From: Octopus bimaculoides
Taxonomy: Eukaryota
Direction: 5' to 3'
Length of the DNA stretch: 53,583 bases
Assembly (NCBI RefSeq): GCF_001194135.2
Contig: NC_068982.1
Span: 141,246,717-141,300,299, forward strand
Made by a program: the position numbers and the translations under genes. Below are positions 24,310 through 37,439 of this stretch, piece after piece (within the stretch, counting starts at the first letter, position 1; every line of letters begins with the position of its first letter). The notes beneath the pieces are model-generated. The model worked only from the letters and a program-made list of their open reading frames with translations. It was not told where the DNA came from and ran no database searches.

Positions 24310-25334
24310 GATCTCGTTCTAAAGTGGCACACATAAATGTATGATGTTGTTTATACAGCGGACTTTCTCGTGAAAGAATTCTATTAAGCTTATTGCGTCT
24401 AGGGAGGGTCATTACATCCATGTTAATAAATACAAGCTCTGGTTCAATATCAGTTTATTGTTAGTCAATCTGTTAAATATCTGAACAACCAACTAATCGG
24501 TATTTTTTTTTTCAATGCAATGGTTAAGTAAGCACTCGGTGGTTTGTTTGTCAATGCCTTTTGCTTGCTATACGCAAACGCATCAGTAACATGTCCTCTC
24601 TCTTCAAAGTTCCCCTGTGATCATTATTATTGACGTTATGTCTTTCTGCAACAAACAACAAGACGTGTTTCAACACAAGCATTCACGTCAAGAATCATAC
24701 CAACCAAATAAGAAAACAAATTAATTCCCTTAAAAAAAAAAAACTTTCAAGAACAACATAAGAACAACACTTGCTTATGGCCCTGTATAAATTGTTCAGA
24801 GGTGTCGGGTATAAGCTTAGGTGATTATGGATTATGTTCCGCCTTCTGAATGAAGAATGGAACTGACACCAAGTTAATGGGCTGAAACTAAGCATCCCAC
24901 AATAAGCGTAAAGCATTCAGAAAGGGTCGTTTCAATTTCACTAACAGTAATATGCTTAAGTCATAATAAAATATTAATATATTAAATCCAGAATCCAGCG
25001 CATATATATGTATATATATATATATATATATNNNNNNNNNNNNNNNNNNNNNNNNNNNNNNNNNNNNNNNNNNNNNNNNNNNNNNNNNNNNNNNNNNNNN
25101 NNNNNNNNNNNNNNNNNNNNNNNNNNNNNNNNNNNNNNNNNNNNNNNNNNNNNNNNNNNNNNNNNNNNNNNNNNNNNNNNNNNNNNNNNNNNNNNNNNNN
25201 NNNNNNNNNNNNNNNNNNNNNNNNNNNNNNNNNNNNNNNNNNNNNNNNNNNNNNNNNNNNNNNNNNNNNNNNNNNNNNNNNNNNNNNNNNNNNNNNNNNN
25301 NNNNNNNNNNNNNNNNNNNNNNNNNNNNNNNNNN

Positions 25335-25367
<33 letters not shown>

Positions 25368-25489
25368 GTATGTTTAACGGAAATATAAATTATGTATACG
25401 ATCTTTAAAATATATTTCTAAATTTTCCTACGGATGTATTTTCGTAACAGGTATATCTGTTACAAATTCTGGCGCAATACGAGCAGGTT

Positions 25490-25640
25490 CGGAGGATGGA
25501 GTAAATCGATTACATCAAATGATATTTTATCAACGTCGAAAGATGAAAACTTAAGTTAACCGCAGCGGACTTCGAAAGCAGGGCGTAAAAATGAACGAAA
25601 TGCCGCTAAATATTTTGTCTGTCGTGGTAACGTCTATATC
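25490..25640 (-). mobile_element. Degenerate SINE family A
   Basis: AATCGATTACATC..TTTATC..GAAAGATGAAA..ACGAAATGCCGCTAA blocks match the reverse complement of family A. Confidence 0.55.
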
Positions 25641-26347
25641 TGTTCCCAGTCGTAATTTATCTTAAAACATATACTATCAACTGAGCTTCCATTTATTGCA
25701 TCTTCACCAATTAGTTAATATTTTTCGTATTTTTCTCAACTGGATGATATCCTCTACAACTGCTACCATACTAAGAATTCAGGACATCAGCAAGAACACA
25801 ACTCCTGAACGTACACAGCTAGAAACTAGGGAATTGTTGGTCGGCTCAAACGTGTATTTAACCGTATTAGGAGATACATATTATTTCATCACAAATGGGG
25901 TCAGATTTTTCCTATTAGGAGTGCAGTGCACATGACATGTACCTCACTAATAAAGTCAGTGATTGTATGGGAACAATTTAAATACATTTTTGTTCACATT
26001 TAATTTGTAGGAATTTTACATGCAACACTAAGAATATCTATGGTTAACAATTGCATACAGAAATAACACTAATATATAGAATAGGAGATATTATGGTTTT
26101 AATTACAAATATTCTCATTAAAGTGATTCTGCATTTACGTAGGAATGACATAATTTAATACAGATTTGGCTCACTCACTCTTAATTCTCTCTCGAATAAA
26201 TTTTACTTGATATTCTAGATTCATGTGAAGTTATTGTTTTATTCATGTACTCGAAAAAGACGCCATTGCATTTTATATTAGAAAGAGCTGTAAGCTAAGA
26301 AAGTTCATAAAATAATCATTTATTTTTCATATGTCTTTCTTTTACAT

Positions 26348-26362
26348 ATGTGTGTGTGTGTG

Positions 26363-26450
<88 letters not shown>
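26348..26450. repeat. (GT)n(AT)n microsatellite
   Basis: About 40 AT units. Confidence 0.97.
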
Positions 26451-26452
<2 letters not shown>

Positions 26453-27582
26453 GGCATATGCATGCATGTGTGCGGTGTGTATGTATGTATGTATCTGTGT
26501 ATGTTGACTAGGTATTGTAGGGGAATACTGCTAATTACCAATCAGCTGGCAAATATTTTAATATTGTTTTCATCCGAGAAAGAAAAACAGGAATGTTTTA
26601 TGTTACAGAATTTCCAAGACTGGCGGGAAGAAGGAAAGAAGATATTCTCAGAGTGGTATGCAAGCAAAAGTTTGTATTCATTAAAAGAACCAACAGCATT
26701 GCAATGTCAGTGGTCGCCTTCAACCAGATGACATATTAAGGCTGCTGGTATCTCAAATTTCAAGACACCATTGGGAATGTATTTATTTCATAATTGTAAT
26801 ATACAAGGTTTTTATGGAGGAATTTGAGAGGAATACAGAATTGCAAATGTAAACATTGAGAATCAAATTTCGTATAGAAATATATTCTGGCAGGTAAATA
26901 ATGCAGGGCAGTTTCGGTTGATATCTCAAGAAACATTATATTCATAATATTATTAAAATCAGTTCTACTGTAGCGAAGCTGTCACAACTGACAGCAGAGC
27001 TGAGCAAAAATATTAAGGTAGTCGCAGCTACATACTGTCTGAATAGGTACAAACATCAGTGAGAAAGTGTAGATATTGCAGAATGTTAACGGTGTAGGAG
27101 TGATACTGCGACGGAAATAAATACTACATCCATATTTTAGCGCGTGTGAGTGTATGTCTATGTGCGTGTGTATGCAAGCGTAAATCAATAGCCATTTGGA
27201 CTATTCGTCTTTTGCAGCAACCCCACAAAAAAAAAAAGAATGAATCAATTAATTTCTAGTAAAGTATTGTCAAAGTTTATATGTTCAAAAATATCCATAG
27301 AAAATGCAATGTCATATTTGAGGGACAAGATAATAGAAATTTTGTTTTCCGCGTAATGCTCCGGGAAGTGACTTTTATCATTTGATTCCCGCTGAAATAT
27401 ATCATGGAATTGTGTTCCTGCTAGTCGCTGCCGGGGCATGTTTACGTATTTATGTAATATAATTGGTATTACCGTTTCAACTCATACAGATTATATATAT
27501 ATATATATATATATGGGACTGAGAGAGAGAGAAAGAAAGAAAGAAAGATAGAGATAGACAGAGGGGAAGAGATAAATATATA

Positions 27583-28451
27583 CATGGTTTGATCAATAAG
27601 TATCCGGACTATTGCCAAGGTAACGAAGCTATAGTACAGAGAATGAAGCCACTTGACACAGATTGATCGTGTACTCTGCTGTGATGGCGCACAAAGTGTC
27701 AACGTTCTAGCTCACTTTCGCTGTTTACAGCAGTGCTTGGAAGGATCGTGTGTAGCGTGTATTCGTCGCATTGACCATGAGAGAGAACGTTGAGCAGAGA
27801 ATGTGCATCAAATTTTGAAAATGCTTTTTCAATACGTTCTCGACACAATCAAGGAGATATTGTGCAACTGAAACCCGGGTGTTATTTTGGTAAGCTGAAA
27901 CCAATTTTGACATAAACTTGGCAGACACGCATCTCATACACAAATCTTCAGTGATAATGGACTGAACTGAACCGTAACTAAACTGCACATCATTTGATAA
28001 CTCACTGATGGTGATTCGATGATTTCCCATCCCAACTGCATCTGCATCTGCGCTGTCTTTTTTTTTTTTGTTTTTTTCAGTTCTTCTGGTTGCAAGTCTC
28101 CCAGTAAGTTCGTCATTATCGACATGTTTAAGTCCATCTTGGAAACGTCTGAGTCACTCACACAGTAATATGCGCCTCATAAACTCCTCTCCATACACAT
28201 TCTGTAACTCTGCGTAGATCTTTGAGCACGTATCGCCATGACAACTTTTCCTGCCATTGTCAACGCGACGATCACACCTTACACACGTTATTTTGAGGCA
28301 CTGCTGTAAACAGCGGAAGTAAGCTAATACGTTAAATCTTGTTAGAATGCACATCTGAGGTCAAGTTCAATCTGTGCCAAGCGGCTTTACTCCGTATGCT
28401 GTAACATACGTTACTATGGTAATATTCCAGATATTTATTGATCAGAGCTCC
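27583..28451. mobile_element. Non-autonomous mariner derivative made of two head-to-head 5' ends
   Basis: TA at 27581-82 and 28452-53. Both ends share TGATCAATAA.TATC.GGA. Perfect 18-bp inverted repeat at 27719-36 / 28298-315. The minus strand encodes a mariner HTH (IYAELQNVYGEE, RITISELS..SYGSVQSIITEDLCMRCVSAKF); the plus strand starts MRENVEQRMCIKF at 27777. Confidence 0.85.
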
Positions 28452-28454
28452 TAC

Positions 28455-29100
28455 ATCGAAGAATCTATTAAGTAATAAGGGGTTGTGGTTGCAAAGGATG
28501 GTTAGTGATTACCTAACACACAATTTACAAATGACGAGGTTAATGTTTTATGGGGGGTCAACACTTACGATCAAACAGGATAAGATATAGGGAATAGTGG
28601 GGGATTGTTGCTAAGGGGGTAGATAATTTAGAATTTGGATTGGAAAAAGAACTTATGTTTACTTGAAAGCGATGTTTGAATTCAACAGTGCTGCCTATAT
28701 AGACCCTCTGTTGGTGGAAGACTGGTATTATTACTCGGCATTTCCGCAGACTGAAACCTCGATGAGGACAGAGATAAGACAGCTAACGATTGCAAGTTTT
28801 CCAGCCTTTCTTGCGGCTGGGATTTATCGTTGAAAAGGTCAAGATGTGATGGTTCGTTATCAGAAGAGATGCCGTCGAGTGGTAAATGTGTTTGCGTCAG
28901 GAATGTTAGATCGTAGTTTGTGTTCCTGGTTCAGAATATGCATTGCGGTACTCGATACGCCGTTAACATTTGTAGTTGAAGTCCCTTTTGATGAGAATGT
29001 GTTGCAGTAAAAAGGTAGTGTAGTACTATTACTACAGTAGCCGTTTGCTAGTTCAGTAACAACTCTTATTTATAAGATGTTTTGCTACTCCATGAGTGGG
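28455..29100 (-). mobile_element. Penelope-like element, GIY-YIG endonuclease end, degenerate
   Basis: Minus strand RVYIGSTVEFKHRF...SSFSN (YIG motif), then ICKLCV and LLLNR, as in PLE C-termini (C.LC..EK..LN.R). Confidence 0.5.
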
Positions 29101-29690
29101 AATTTTGAAAGGATATCTGTCCGCTGATTGCATAAGCATCTAGAAAATAATTAGACAAACTACAGGCGTTACTATGAATCACTCTTCACTGAAAATGATT
29201 TGTGTAGGAAATATATTTTCATCAGTAGCAGAAATATGAAATGTATGTTTTAGAACTACGAACATTGTGAAAGCAAAATATTTAATAGTTTTGTGAGCAA
29301 TGGTATTTTATTTGGAATGTTGATTGCAGTGGATATGTGTCTTGTACTACTATGTTTTAAAATTCTATGAAATCTGATGGCGCTAAAAACACTAACGCCA
29401 ATATTGACATTTGTTATTTAATTTCAATTAGAATTATACATTATTTTGATGAATTGATGTGTAAATTATTACAGGATTTAATTCCTTTTCAGAAATATTC
29501 GAATGTTCAGGAATATAGCAATTATTATCGATGTCCCAATGAAAAAAAATATTTACGTTAATTATCAGTAAAGAAATAGATCGTTAGAATATTTTTCCCT
29601 ATTTTCACTCAGTTTTAAGGGGCAGATCTCGATTACGGAGTCACCAGTCTGGATCTGTACAGAAACGATACTGCCAGCGCGTCGCCTGAT

Positions 29691-29931
29691 ATTGGTTTCC
29701 AGTTTTGGCCCAAGGCCAGCTATTTTGGGGAAGGAGTTTAATCGATTAGATGGACCCCAGCAAGACGTAGGAGTGGGTGTGTGGTAAGTACCTTGCTTAC
29801 GAACCACAAGGCTCCGGGTTCAGTGCCACTGCAAGGCACCTTGAGAAAGTGTCTTCTAATATAGCCTCGAGCCGACCAAAGACTTGTGAGTGGATTTCGT
29901 AGACGGAAACTGAAAGAAGCCCGTCGTATAT

Positions 29932-29970
<39 letters not shown>

Positions 29971-30370
29971 NNNNNNNNNNNNNNNNNNNNNNNNNNNNNN
30001 NNNNNNNNNNNNNNNNNNNNNNNNNNNNNNNNNNNNNNNNNNNNNNNNNNNNNNNNNNNNNNNNNNNNNNNNNNNNNNNNNNNNNNNNNNNNNNNNNNNN
30101 NNNNNNNNNNNNNNNNNNNNNNNNNNNNNNNNNNNNNNNNNNNNNNNNNNNNNNNNNNNNNNNNNNNNNNNNNNNNNNNNNNNNNNNNNNNTCCAGCATG
30201 GCCACAATCAAATGACTGAATCAAAAGTCAAATAGTAAAAGAGTACCTAATCACCGAAACGACAATAGGCTAAGTCGACCTCGGATGAATTTGAACTTAG
30301 AACGGGAAGTCGAACGAAATACCATTAACAATTTTGCTCCACGTACTACAAGTTGTGCCTGCTTGCCGCC
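29691..30370 (-). mobile_element. SINE family A split by a nested family-B SINE (pieces 29691-29760 and about 30240-30370)
   Basis: 3' piece TTGGTTTCCAGTTTTGGCCCAAGGCC..GACCCCAG. The 5' piece resumes after the insert with AAGTCGACCTCGG..AATTTGAACT..GCCGCC. Confidence 0.75.
29764..30245 (+). mobile_element. SINE family B (internal microsatellite collapsed into N-gap)
   Basis: Head GACGTAGGAGTGGGTGTGTGGTAAG..CCGGGTTCAGTGCC (B box); body GAAACTGAAAGAAGCCCGTCG; tail CCAGCATGGCCACAATCAAATGACTGAA..AAAAGA. Confidence 0.88.
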
Positions 30371-30679
30371 GAATATTAAAAACCAATGACCATAGATCAA
30401 ACCATTCCAAACGGCTTGAACGTATATATATTTTTTTTCTTTTGTTTGCAGTATTTACAAGATAATTGTCTACATTGTAAAAATAAAGACATCACATGTG
30501 CTTATTCTCCATCAAACACGAACAACTTGCTCACAGGCCTATTGACTCCCAAATTTTTCTTCATCGTTTAATATTACATTCTTCTACTGCAGACTGACAA
30601 TTGTTGCTTCATAGCTACATCGATGCGGATCACCATCTGTCTCTCTCAATCTCTGTATCTATCTATTCCTACGTATGTA

Positions 30680-30749
30680 CACACACACAGAGGCACTCAC
30701 ACATATACGCGCGCGCATATGCAAACATGCACGTACACAGACACGCGCG

Positions 30750-30789
<40 letters not shown>

Positions 30790-30794
30790 AGTGT

Positions 30795-30838
<44 letters not shown>

Positions 30839-30860
30839 ATATATGTATGTATGCATGGCT
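30680..30860. repeat. Compound alternating purine-pyrimidine microsatellite with (CG)n, (AT)n and (GT)n
   Basis: Direct inspection; CG runs at about 30709-30717 and 30745-30754. Confidence 0.9.
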
Positions 30861-32954
30861 GTATGTAGAGTGTTGGTCAAGTATGCTTTCCCAAAACTCT
30901 ATGCAAAACCCTAGCTTCTCAGTGAAATTTGTTTCATGTAAATTACAAAGAAAACATTAAAAGATATTTTCAGTAATACATTGATGGTATGACATTACTT
31001 CCACCTTAATTGTTTGTTATATAATGAAGCTGAAAATTTATACGTTTCATAGATCTTCATTTGTTGTCTTTTGTGTTTGAAATGACGTTACAGAATTATA
31101 TACGTAACAGTCTAACAACAGAGTATTACTCATATTGATTATCGCAATTGGACAAATATGTTCTGATTCTATTAACATTCTCAGAAAATAAGTGAAGTTG
31201 TCATTATTGCATCAGCTAGTATTTTCAATTTTAAATAATCGTTATGAAAATGCATTTTAAATATAAAACTTCTATGTAATTTAGCGCAGCAAAGCGTATG
31301 TGGCTATGGCATATATTTCACTAATGAAGTATTAATTGCTCTAACGACTAATTGGTTACAACGAATAATTACAAATGAGATAAACGACATAATGGAGAAA
31401 GAATAATTTCTCCTGAAAATAATTTAATGTTTTGAAAATGAAAATTTAAGGAATAACACGTTTAATGATTCATACCAATGTGCGAATTTTCTAGTGATTT
31501 ACGTTATAGTTTTTCATTAACACTATTCTCGTTAAAGCTGCTTTACTGCTAATTAACCTTAACAATTTAGCAAGTCAGTTAAATTGCATCGTTTGTTTTA
31601 TGATTAACTGTCCTAATCACATATATTACGATACAGATGACATGGTTTAAAACTGATCTTTAAACTTATTCTTAATTCTTCTCGTAATGACCATAATTAT
31701 ATAAAAATAAAACATCAATTACAGCAATAATAATACGAATACTAATAATAACAACCATAATTACCGCAACTATAGTTTGTAGTGTCATGATGGTTGACTG
31801 TAATTCTTTCTCTGATAGTGATCATGACGATGAAGTTACCTTATGGCGGTGGCACTGGCTATAATATTGATGATTTGGAGGCAGAAAAATTTGGTGAAGA
31901 AGTAGGTGAAAAAAGGAGAAGAGTTTCCGTGGTGGTGGTGGTAGTGGGAGTCATATATCGATGAAAGGTTTGAAGATATTAAATGATTGCTGAAATACTT
32001 CATTTTCTTAACATTTGCTAATGCTAATCCTCAACATACTTCAAATGTTTTTAGTTGTCCTATAATGGTTAAACAGAATCATTTGAACGTCGGTCGACAA
32101 GGTGTCATCATAATAACAGACCTTACAAGAATGTTACTGACACTGAATTATGCACAGGATCATAAACAGTATCTTTCATTAATCCTGATCAAATATTAAT
32201 ATTAATTAACCGATGCAAGAAAGTGCAATTTACAGCTGTGAGAGATTAATGCAATATATAATTGATGTGATTTTTCCCACTTAAAATGTTGCTAGCATAG
32301 TATCTAGAAATTTCTTTGAAATCGATAGAAACGTCGAAGTATTGATGGACATATGTGTAGATGCTTGAAAGAATACAGATATACACTACCTAATTCTAAT
32401 AATGCGTAACACCGTAACGCACTCGATGTCTGATAATTGAGAGGGAATTTAAGTATGAGGTGGTTAATTTAATTTAAGTTTCCTCTAAACACATATGTAG
32501 TTCATAAACTACATATGGATGTTTTATCATAAGACAATATGTATTATAATTTATTTTATCAGTAAAACCAACCATCTATACAATATCTCAATATATGGTT
32601 GGTAAAGTAAATATATTAAAGTATTTACCTATTGAATTAGACATTATTTTCCCCTCTTAGGTCGCAGCCCAATTTTTTTATTCTATGTAACTAAATAATG
32701 CATCAGATCTTCAATTCCGGAGATTTTACGCAATATTTAAATAAATTATAATTTAGAAACATATAAGGTTGACACAAAGCCAATAAATGTTTGTCACGTT
32801 GCCGAATTATTCGCCTTTTCATGGCATGAAACTTGTAGTAGATCATAATAGAATACTCTAGTTTACCAATCAGTCAAACTTTCAATCAATCAATCAACCA
32901 ATCTGTATATCTATCTATTTATCTGTCTGGCGGTCTATCTATTTATCTCCATCT

Positions 32955-32992
<38 letters not shown>

Positions 32993-33045
32993 AACCAGCT
33001 CCGTCCTCAGTGGAACATTTATAACATTTAAGAAATGCAAGACAC

Positions 33046-33135
33046 ATACATACTAATATACATGCATACCTATATACATACTAATATACATGCATACCTA
33101 TATACATATTAATATACATGCATACATATATACAT
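33046..33135. repeat. 28-bp tandem repeat x3
   Basis: (C/T)TAATATACATGC recurs at 33053, 33081 and 33109. Confidence 0.85.
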
Positions 33136-33234
33136 GCTTGCATACTTACATACATACATGCACGCGTACATGCATTCATAAACACATGCATACATACATA
33201 CACACATACATATATAGATACATACACACATGTA

Positions 33235-34498
33235 TCAGGTAGAGTGAAAGTAAGCAATGTCTTTTTGAGCCATGAAGAATTTGTAGAATTGTGAAATTCT
33301 TTAAACATTTTTTTTAAAAATTGTCTGATAATACATACATAGACTTTCCCAAATGCATTAATAAATTAACATCGATATGTTTTTTTATCATTGTTAAAGT
33401 CATCTGAAATTGAATTATCAAAGCGTGATATTCCAGCAATTTTGCTATTCAACTTCAAAAAAGGACGTAAATCCGTTGAAACTGTTCGCGATAGCAACGA
33501 AAGCTTTGGTGAGGAAATGACCAGTGAGTGGTCAGCTCGAAAACGGTTTAAACGATTTCGCAGTGGCCACTTGAGCCTTAAGGATTGTGACGCCCATCTG
33601 TTATCGATGACAGTCAATTAAAAACCCTCACTAGAAAAAGATCCACGTAAAACCACTATTGAACTGGCAAAATAATTTAAAGTTAGCCAGAAAACTTCCT
33701 GCATCCATTTGCATGCGACCGAAAAATCATAAAAGCTCGACAAATGTGTACAACGTGATTTAAATGAAAATCAGAAAATGCGCAGATATGAAATCTGCTC
33801 GTCGCTTCTTCTCCGAAACCAGACCAGTCTATTTCTTGACTGTATTGTAACTTGCGATGAATAGTGGATTCTGTACAATGATAGGAAAAGTTCTTCGCAG
33901 TAGCTGGACCCAAATGAAGCTCTGAAAACCTTCCTTAAACGCGAGCTCTTCCAAAAGGAGATGATGGTAACTATTTGTTGTTGTATTGCTGTACTCATCC
34001 ACTCTAACGTCTTAAAATCCGGAAAAAATTCTACTGCAGTAACATATTGCCATGAAATTGCAAAAATAAAGAAAATCTGCTACTTCTCAGTTTCAGACCT
34101 GGCAACAGATGAGGGCCAATCATTCTTCAAGCCAATGCTCGACAACACGTTTCACTATTAACGTTCCAGAAGTTGAGGGAACTTGTCTACGAAGGTCTAC
34201 CCCACCCAGGATAGTTTCCAGTCCTTTCTCCTGCGACTACCGCCTTTCCAAACATCTGATTGTTTCCTGCGAGAGATGGAGTCCAAAAAATCAAACCGAT
34301 GTTGAAAGTGCGTTCAAAGAGGTCTTCAGCTCAAGAACTACAGATTTGTGTTACAGAAATAAACAAACCTGTAACGCGTTGGCAAACATGTGTTGTGTGC
34401 AATGGCACTTAAGTTGATGAATTTAATTTCGGCATTGTTGAAATATATTGTGATGAATTTCATGTTTCAAAACGTTGCTTACTATTTATTCAACCTGA
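33235..34498 (+). mobile_element. Full-length defective mariner (Tc1/mariner, D,D34D type), 1264 bp
   Basis: TA TSDs at 33233-34 and 34499-500. Imperfect TIRs TCAGGT..GTAAGCAA. Transposase fragments ELSKRDIPAILLFNFKKG, RFKRFRSG, IVTCDE*WILYN, KEMMVTICC, QANARQH, SPCDY. Multiple stops and frameshifts. Confidence 0.92.
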
Positions 34499-34701
34499 TA
34501 TATCAGCATCTTTCTGTGACTCTGTTCGTGTATGTTTGAGTGGATATATAATCTCTATGGTTTCCATCCGGTAAAATGAAATGTTCAATCATGAAATATA
34601 TATTGATGTAATATATTCCATCTATCGTTGTGTACGCTTTAGGATCTTTGTTTCAAATTGACGAGGTCTCAGCTGAGTATGTCTCACTGTGTCTGTCTTT
34701 C

Positions 34702-34702
<1 letters not shown>

Positions 34703-34754
<52 letters not shown>

Positions 34755-34803
34755 TAAATAGATAGACAGATGTTTGTGTTTACTATATGCATACATACAT
34801 ACA

Positions 34804-34835
<32 letters not shown>
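34703..34835. repeat. (CA)n and (CATA)n microsatellites
   Basis: Direct inspection. Confidence 0.93.
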
Positions 34836-34836
<1 letters not shown>

Positions 34837-36537
34837 GCGCAAGCACATATAGCAACATATATAGAGCGTGCACTTTTATCGAAGAACACTTGTAACACTT
34901 AAGTTTGATGCTACATATGTCATAGTTTTACAGAAGATTAAAGAATAAATTTCGTCTGTTCATATCTCTATTATATGCAACCTCATAAGTTTAAGACCAA
35001 TATTGGATCAAATGTTTCTTGCGACACATATAACTGGAGTGACTCAGAAATGCCATTATAATCCTAAATTCATAGATTATAAAGAGAGAGCGAGTAGAAT
35101 AAGCATTTCGAATAGAGCATTTGTTAGCCATATGTTTGCTGATGCTAGGCCTATCTTTCAGCAAAATTTAGATTGTTTTGCATTAATCGAAAAGATTGTG
35201 AAATTGTTGTGAGTTACAGTTTATTGCTTTTATAAGTGTAGTGTTATGAGAATGTAATTCAGAAGAAAAGACGCTTTAAGTACATAATGATTAGCAGTAT
35301 GTTATTAATTGCAATAATTTTAATTCGAGGAGGGAATAAATCTTCAAAACTGTGTCATTTTATTCCTAGAATGTTTTTTTATGTCTGTTCTGTTTTATTT
35401 CATTCTGAGATTTATAGTAACTAATGTTGTTTACCTTAAATTAAATGCAGTCTGCTGTAAATTATTATTTTAATTTATATGTTTGTGCACACATTTATGG
35501 TTGAGTTATCTACTTGTAATTTATAGCATACAAGTAATCAAATGAAATTTGTTGTATACTTATGAAACTGTAATATTTGCAGTTATTCGGTACTGTCACA
35601 CAATCCTACTTAGGTAAGACTTTATATGTAGCTAAATGATGTAGTAAAACGGAAAATTATTGCTGGTGTATATAGACGTGATAATTGAGAAAAGATGATG
35701 TTTTGTGTAGGTTTTTTTGACTGTAAACAAGTTGTAAATTGTATGGATGTTTATAGCCAGGAAACTTCATTGAAAAATAATAGCCACGACAAAATAAATG
35801 TTTTTCGACAGAATGAAACTTTAAATAGTACAAAATTAATTTTATGTAAGACACATATCTCTTAGTGAGAGAATGTATTTTTTATTTGGATTGATTTTTA
35901 TAAATATATCATTGCTTAACTTTCTTACTACTATATTTCAAATGTTTTAGATGATTTCTAATGCAGAATGTAATAAACTATCAAACATAAAATGCTTTAA
36001 AATGTTTATTGAACGTAAAAATAATTATCAGTTACTGAGCTCCTTTATAGGCATGAAACAGACTAAGATAGAATGACGATATCACTAAATAGCCCTATGT
36101 ATTGATCTAGTGACATTTCAAGGTAACAGTTCCTGTTTTATATTTAAGGTGTGTGTGTGTGTGGGTGTATGTGTGTGTGTGTGTGTGTGTCTATAAATCC
36201 AAGCATAAAAGCACGTACAAACACACATAAACACACGAATAAGTACACATTAAACACAAATAAACACGCATAAACACACAAATAAACACAGAAATATACA
36301 CATGTACACACACAAATATATTAATAACTACTTCGTGAATACTATAAGGACTACAGAAACTCTGGCTTTCACATATGTAGAAGGATATATATTTGGATTA
36401 CACTTCCCTATTGACATATAGTATTGTTCATCTGTGCTCATGGAATGCTTCGTAACACACGGCAATAATTTTATTTGGCAAAATCTAACAATCAACTTGC
36501 ACCAACCGTGTTGAGACCCTTACAATGTAGATGTGTA

Positions 36538-36581
36538 TGTGTGTGTCCCTGTGTGTGTCCCTGTGTGTGTACCTGTGTGTG
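36538..36581. repeat. 12-bp tandem repeat GTGTGTGT(C/A)CCT x3
   Basis: Direct inspection. Confidence 0.8.
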
Positions 36582-37439
36582 TATGGATGTACCAAACCAT
36601 TACTTTAATTACAATGTACCCAATTGAAATACGATTCCGTAAAATGGACAACTTGTACAATAACATTAAATGTACACATACATTCGAATGTGTAAAATGT
36701 TTCCAAAGCTTAACAAAATTAATAGTTTTTAGTTTCAATAGAGAAAAGATTATAGGTTGCAAAGTCACGAAAGCATGCTGTCTGTGAAGTAACTATAATG
36801 TCTACGTGAACATCATGTATTTCAATGTGTCCTCACCATAGAAGTAATAGTTTCATTTAAATACCAATCACAATAGTAAGAATATAATTTCCACAGTATA
36901 GAATATTAGCAGACATTTCCAATGATCAGTTTGCAATCAAATTGGTTGCAAATTTCAAATCGCATTGTTCATATATCCGTTATTAAATTTCCGGTGCTAG
37001 ATTTTAAAATGTTTGAGATATTATTTTCTGCATCTGATCTGTTACTATACATTAAATGAAATCCAAATACGTTTGTAGATGATTCAACGATGCGATACTT
37101 TGGTGTCTTTAGACAAAGTGAAGCTGAATTTGTTATATATATTGTTTGTCACAAACACAGCCGCAATAAATGTATGTTATTACTTATAATTTAGTGAAAC
37201 AAACGTAATGTGGTAATACAATATAATATTTATTATTTGCACCACTCTATAATTTGAATTCTAAAAATTCTTTTCAAATGGCTATTTGAGTATAATGTAT
37301 AGTTGTAGATAGATATTACGTGGCAAATCACCGCTATTTTCACAATATTTTTGTCGCAAACTTTATGTATCCAAATGCGTATACTGGTGAAATGGATGAG
37401 TGAAATATGAAATTGTTCTTATTATAATAGTCTGTCAGG

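Noticed and set aside
34949-35212. 87-codon open frame ending near a GTGAGT donor
   Set aside because: A rough estimate from stop-codon frequency in AT-rich DNA predicts several such frames by chance in this window; no motif is recognised.
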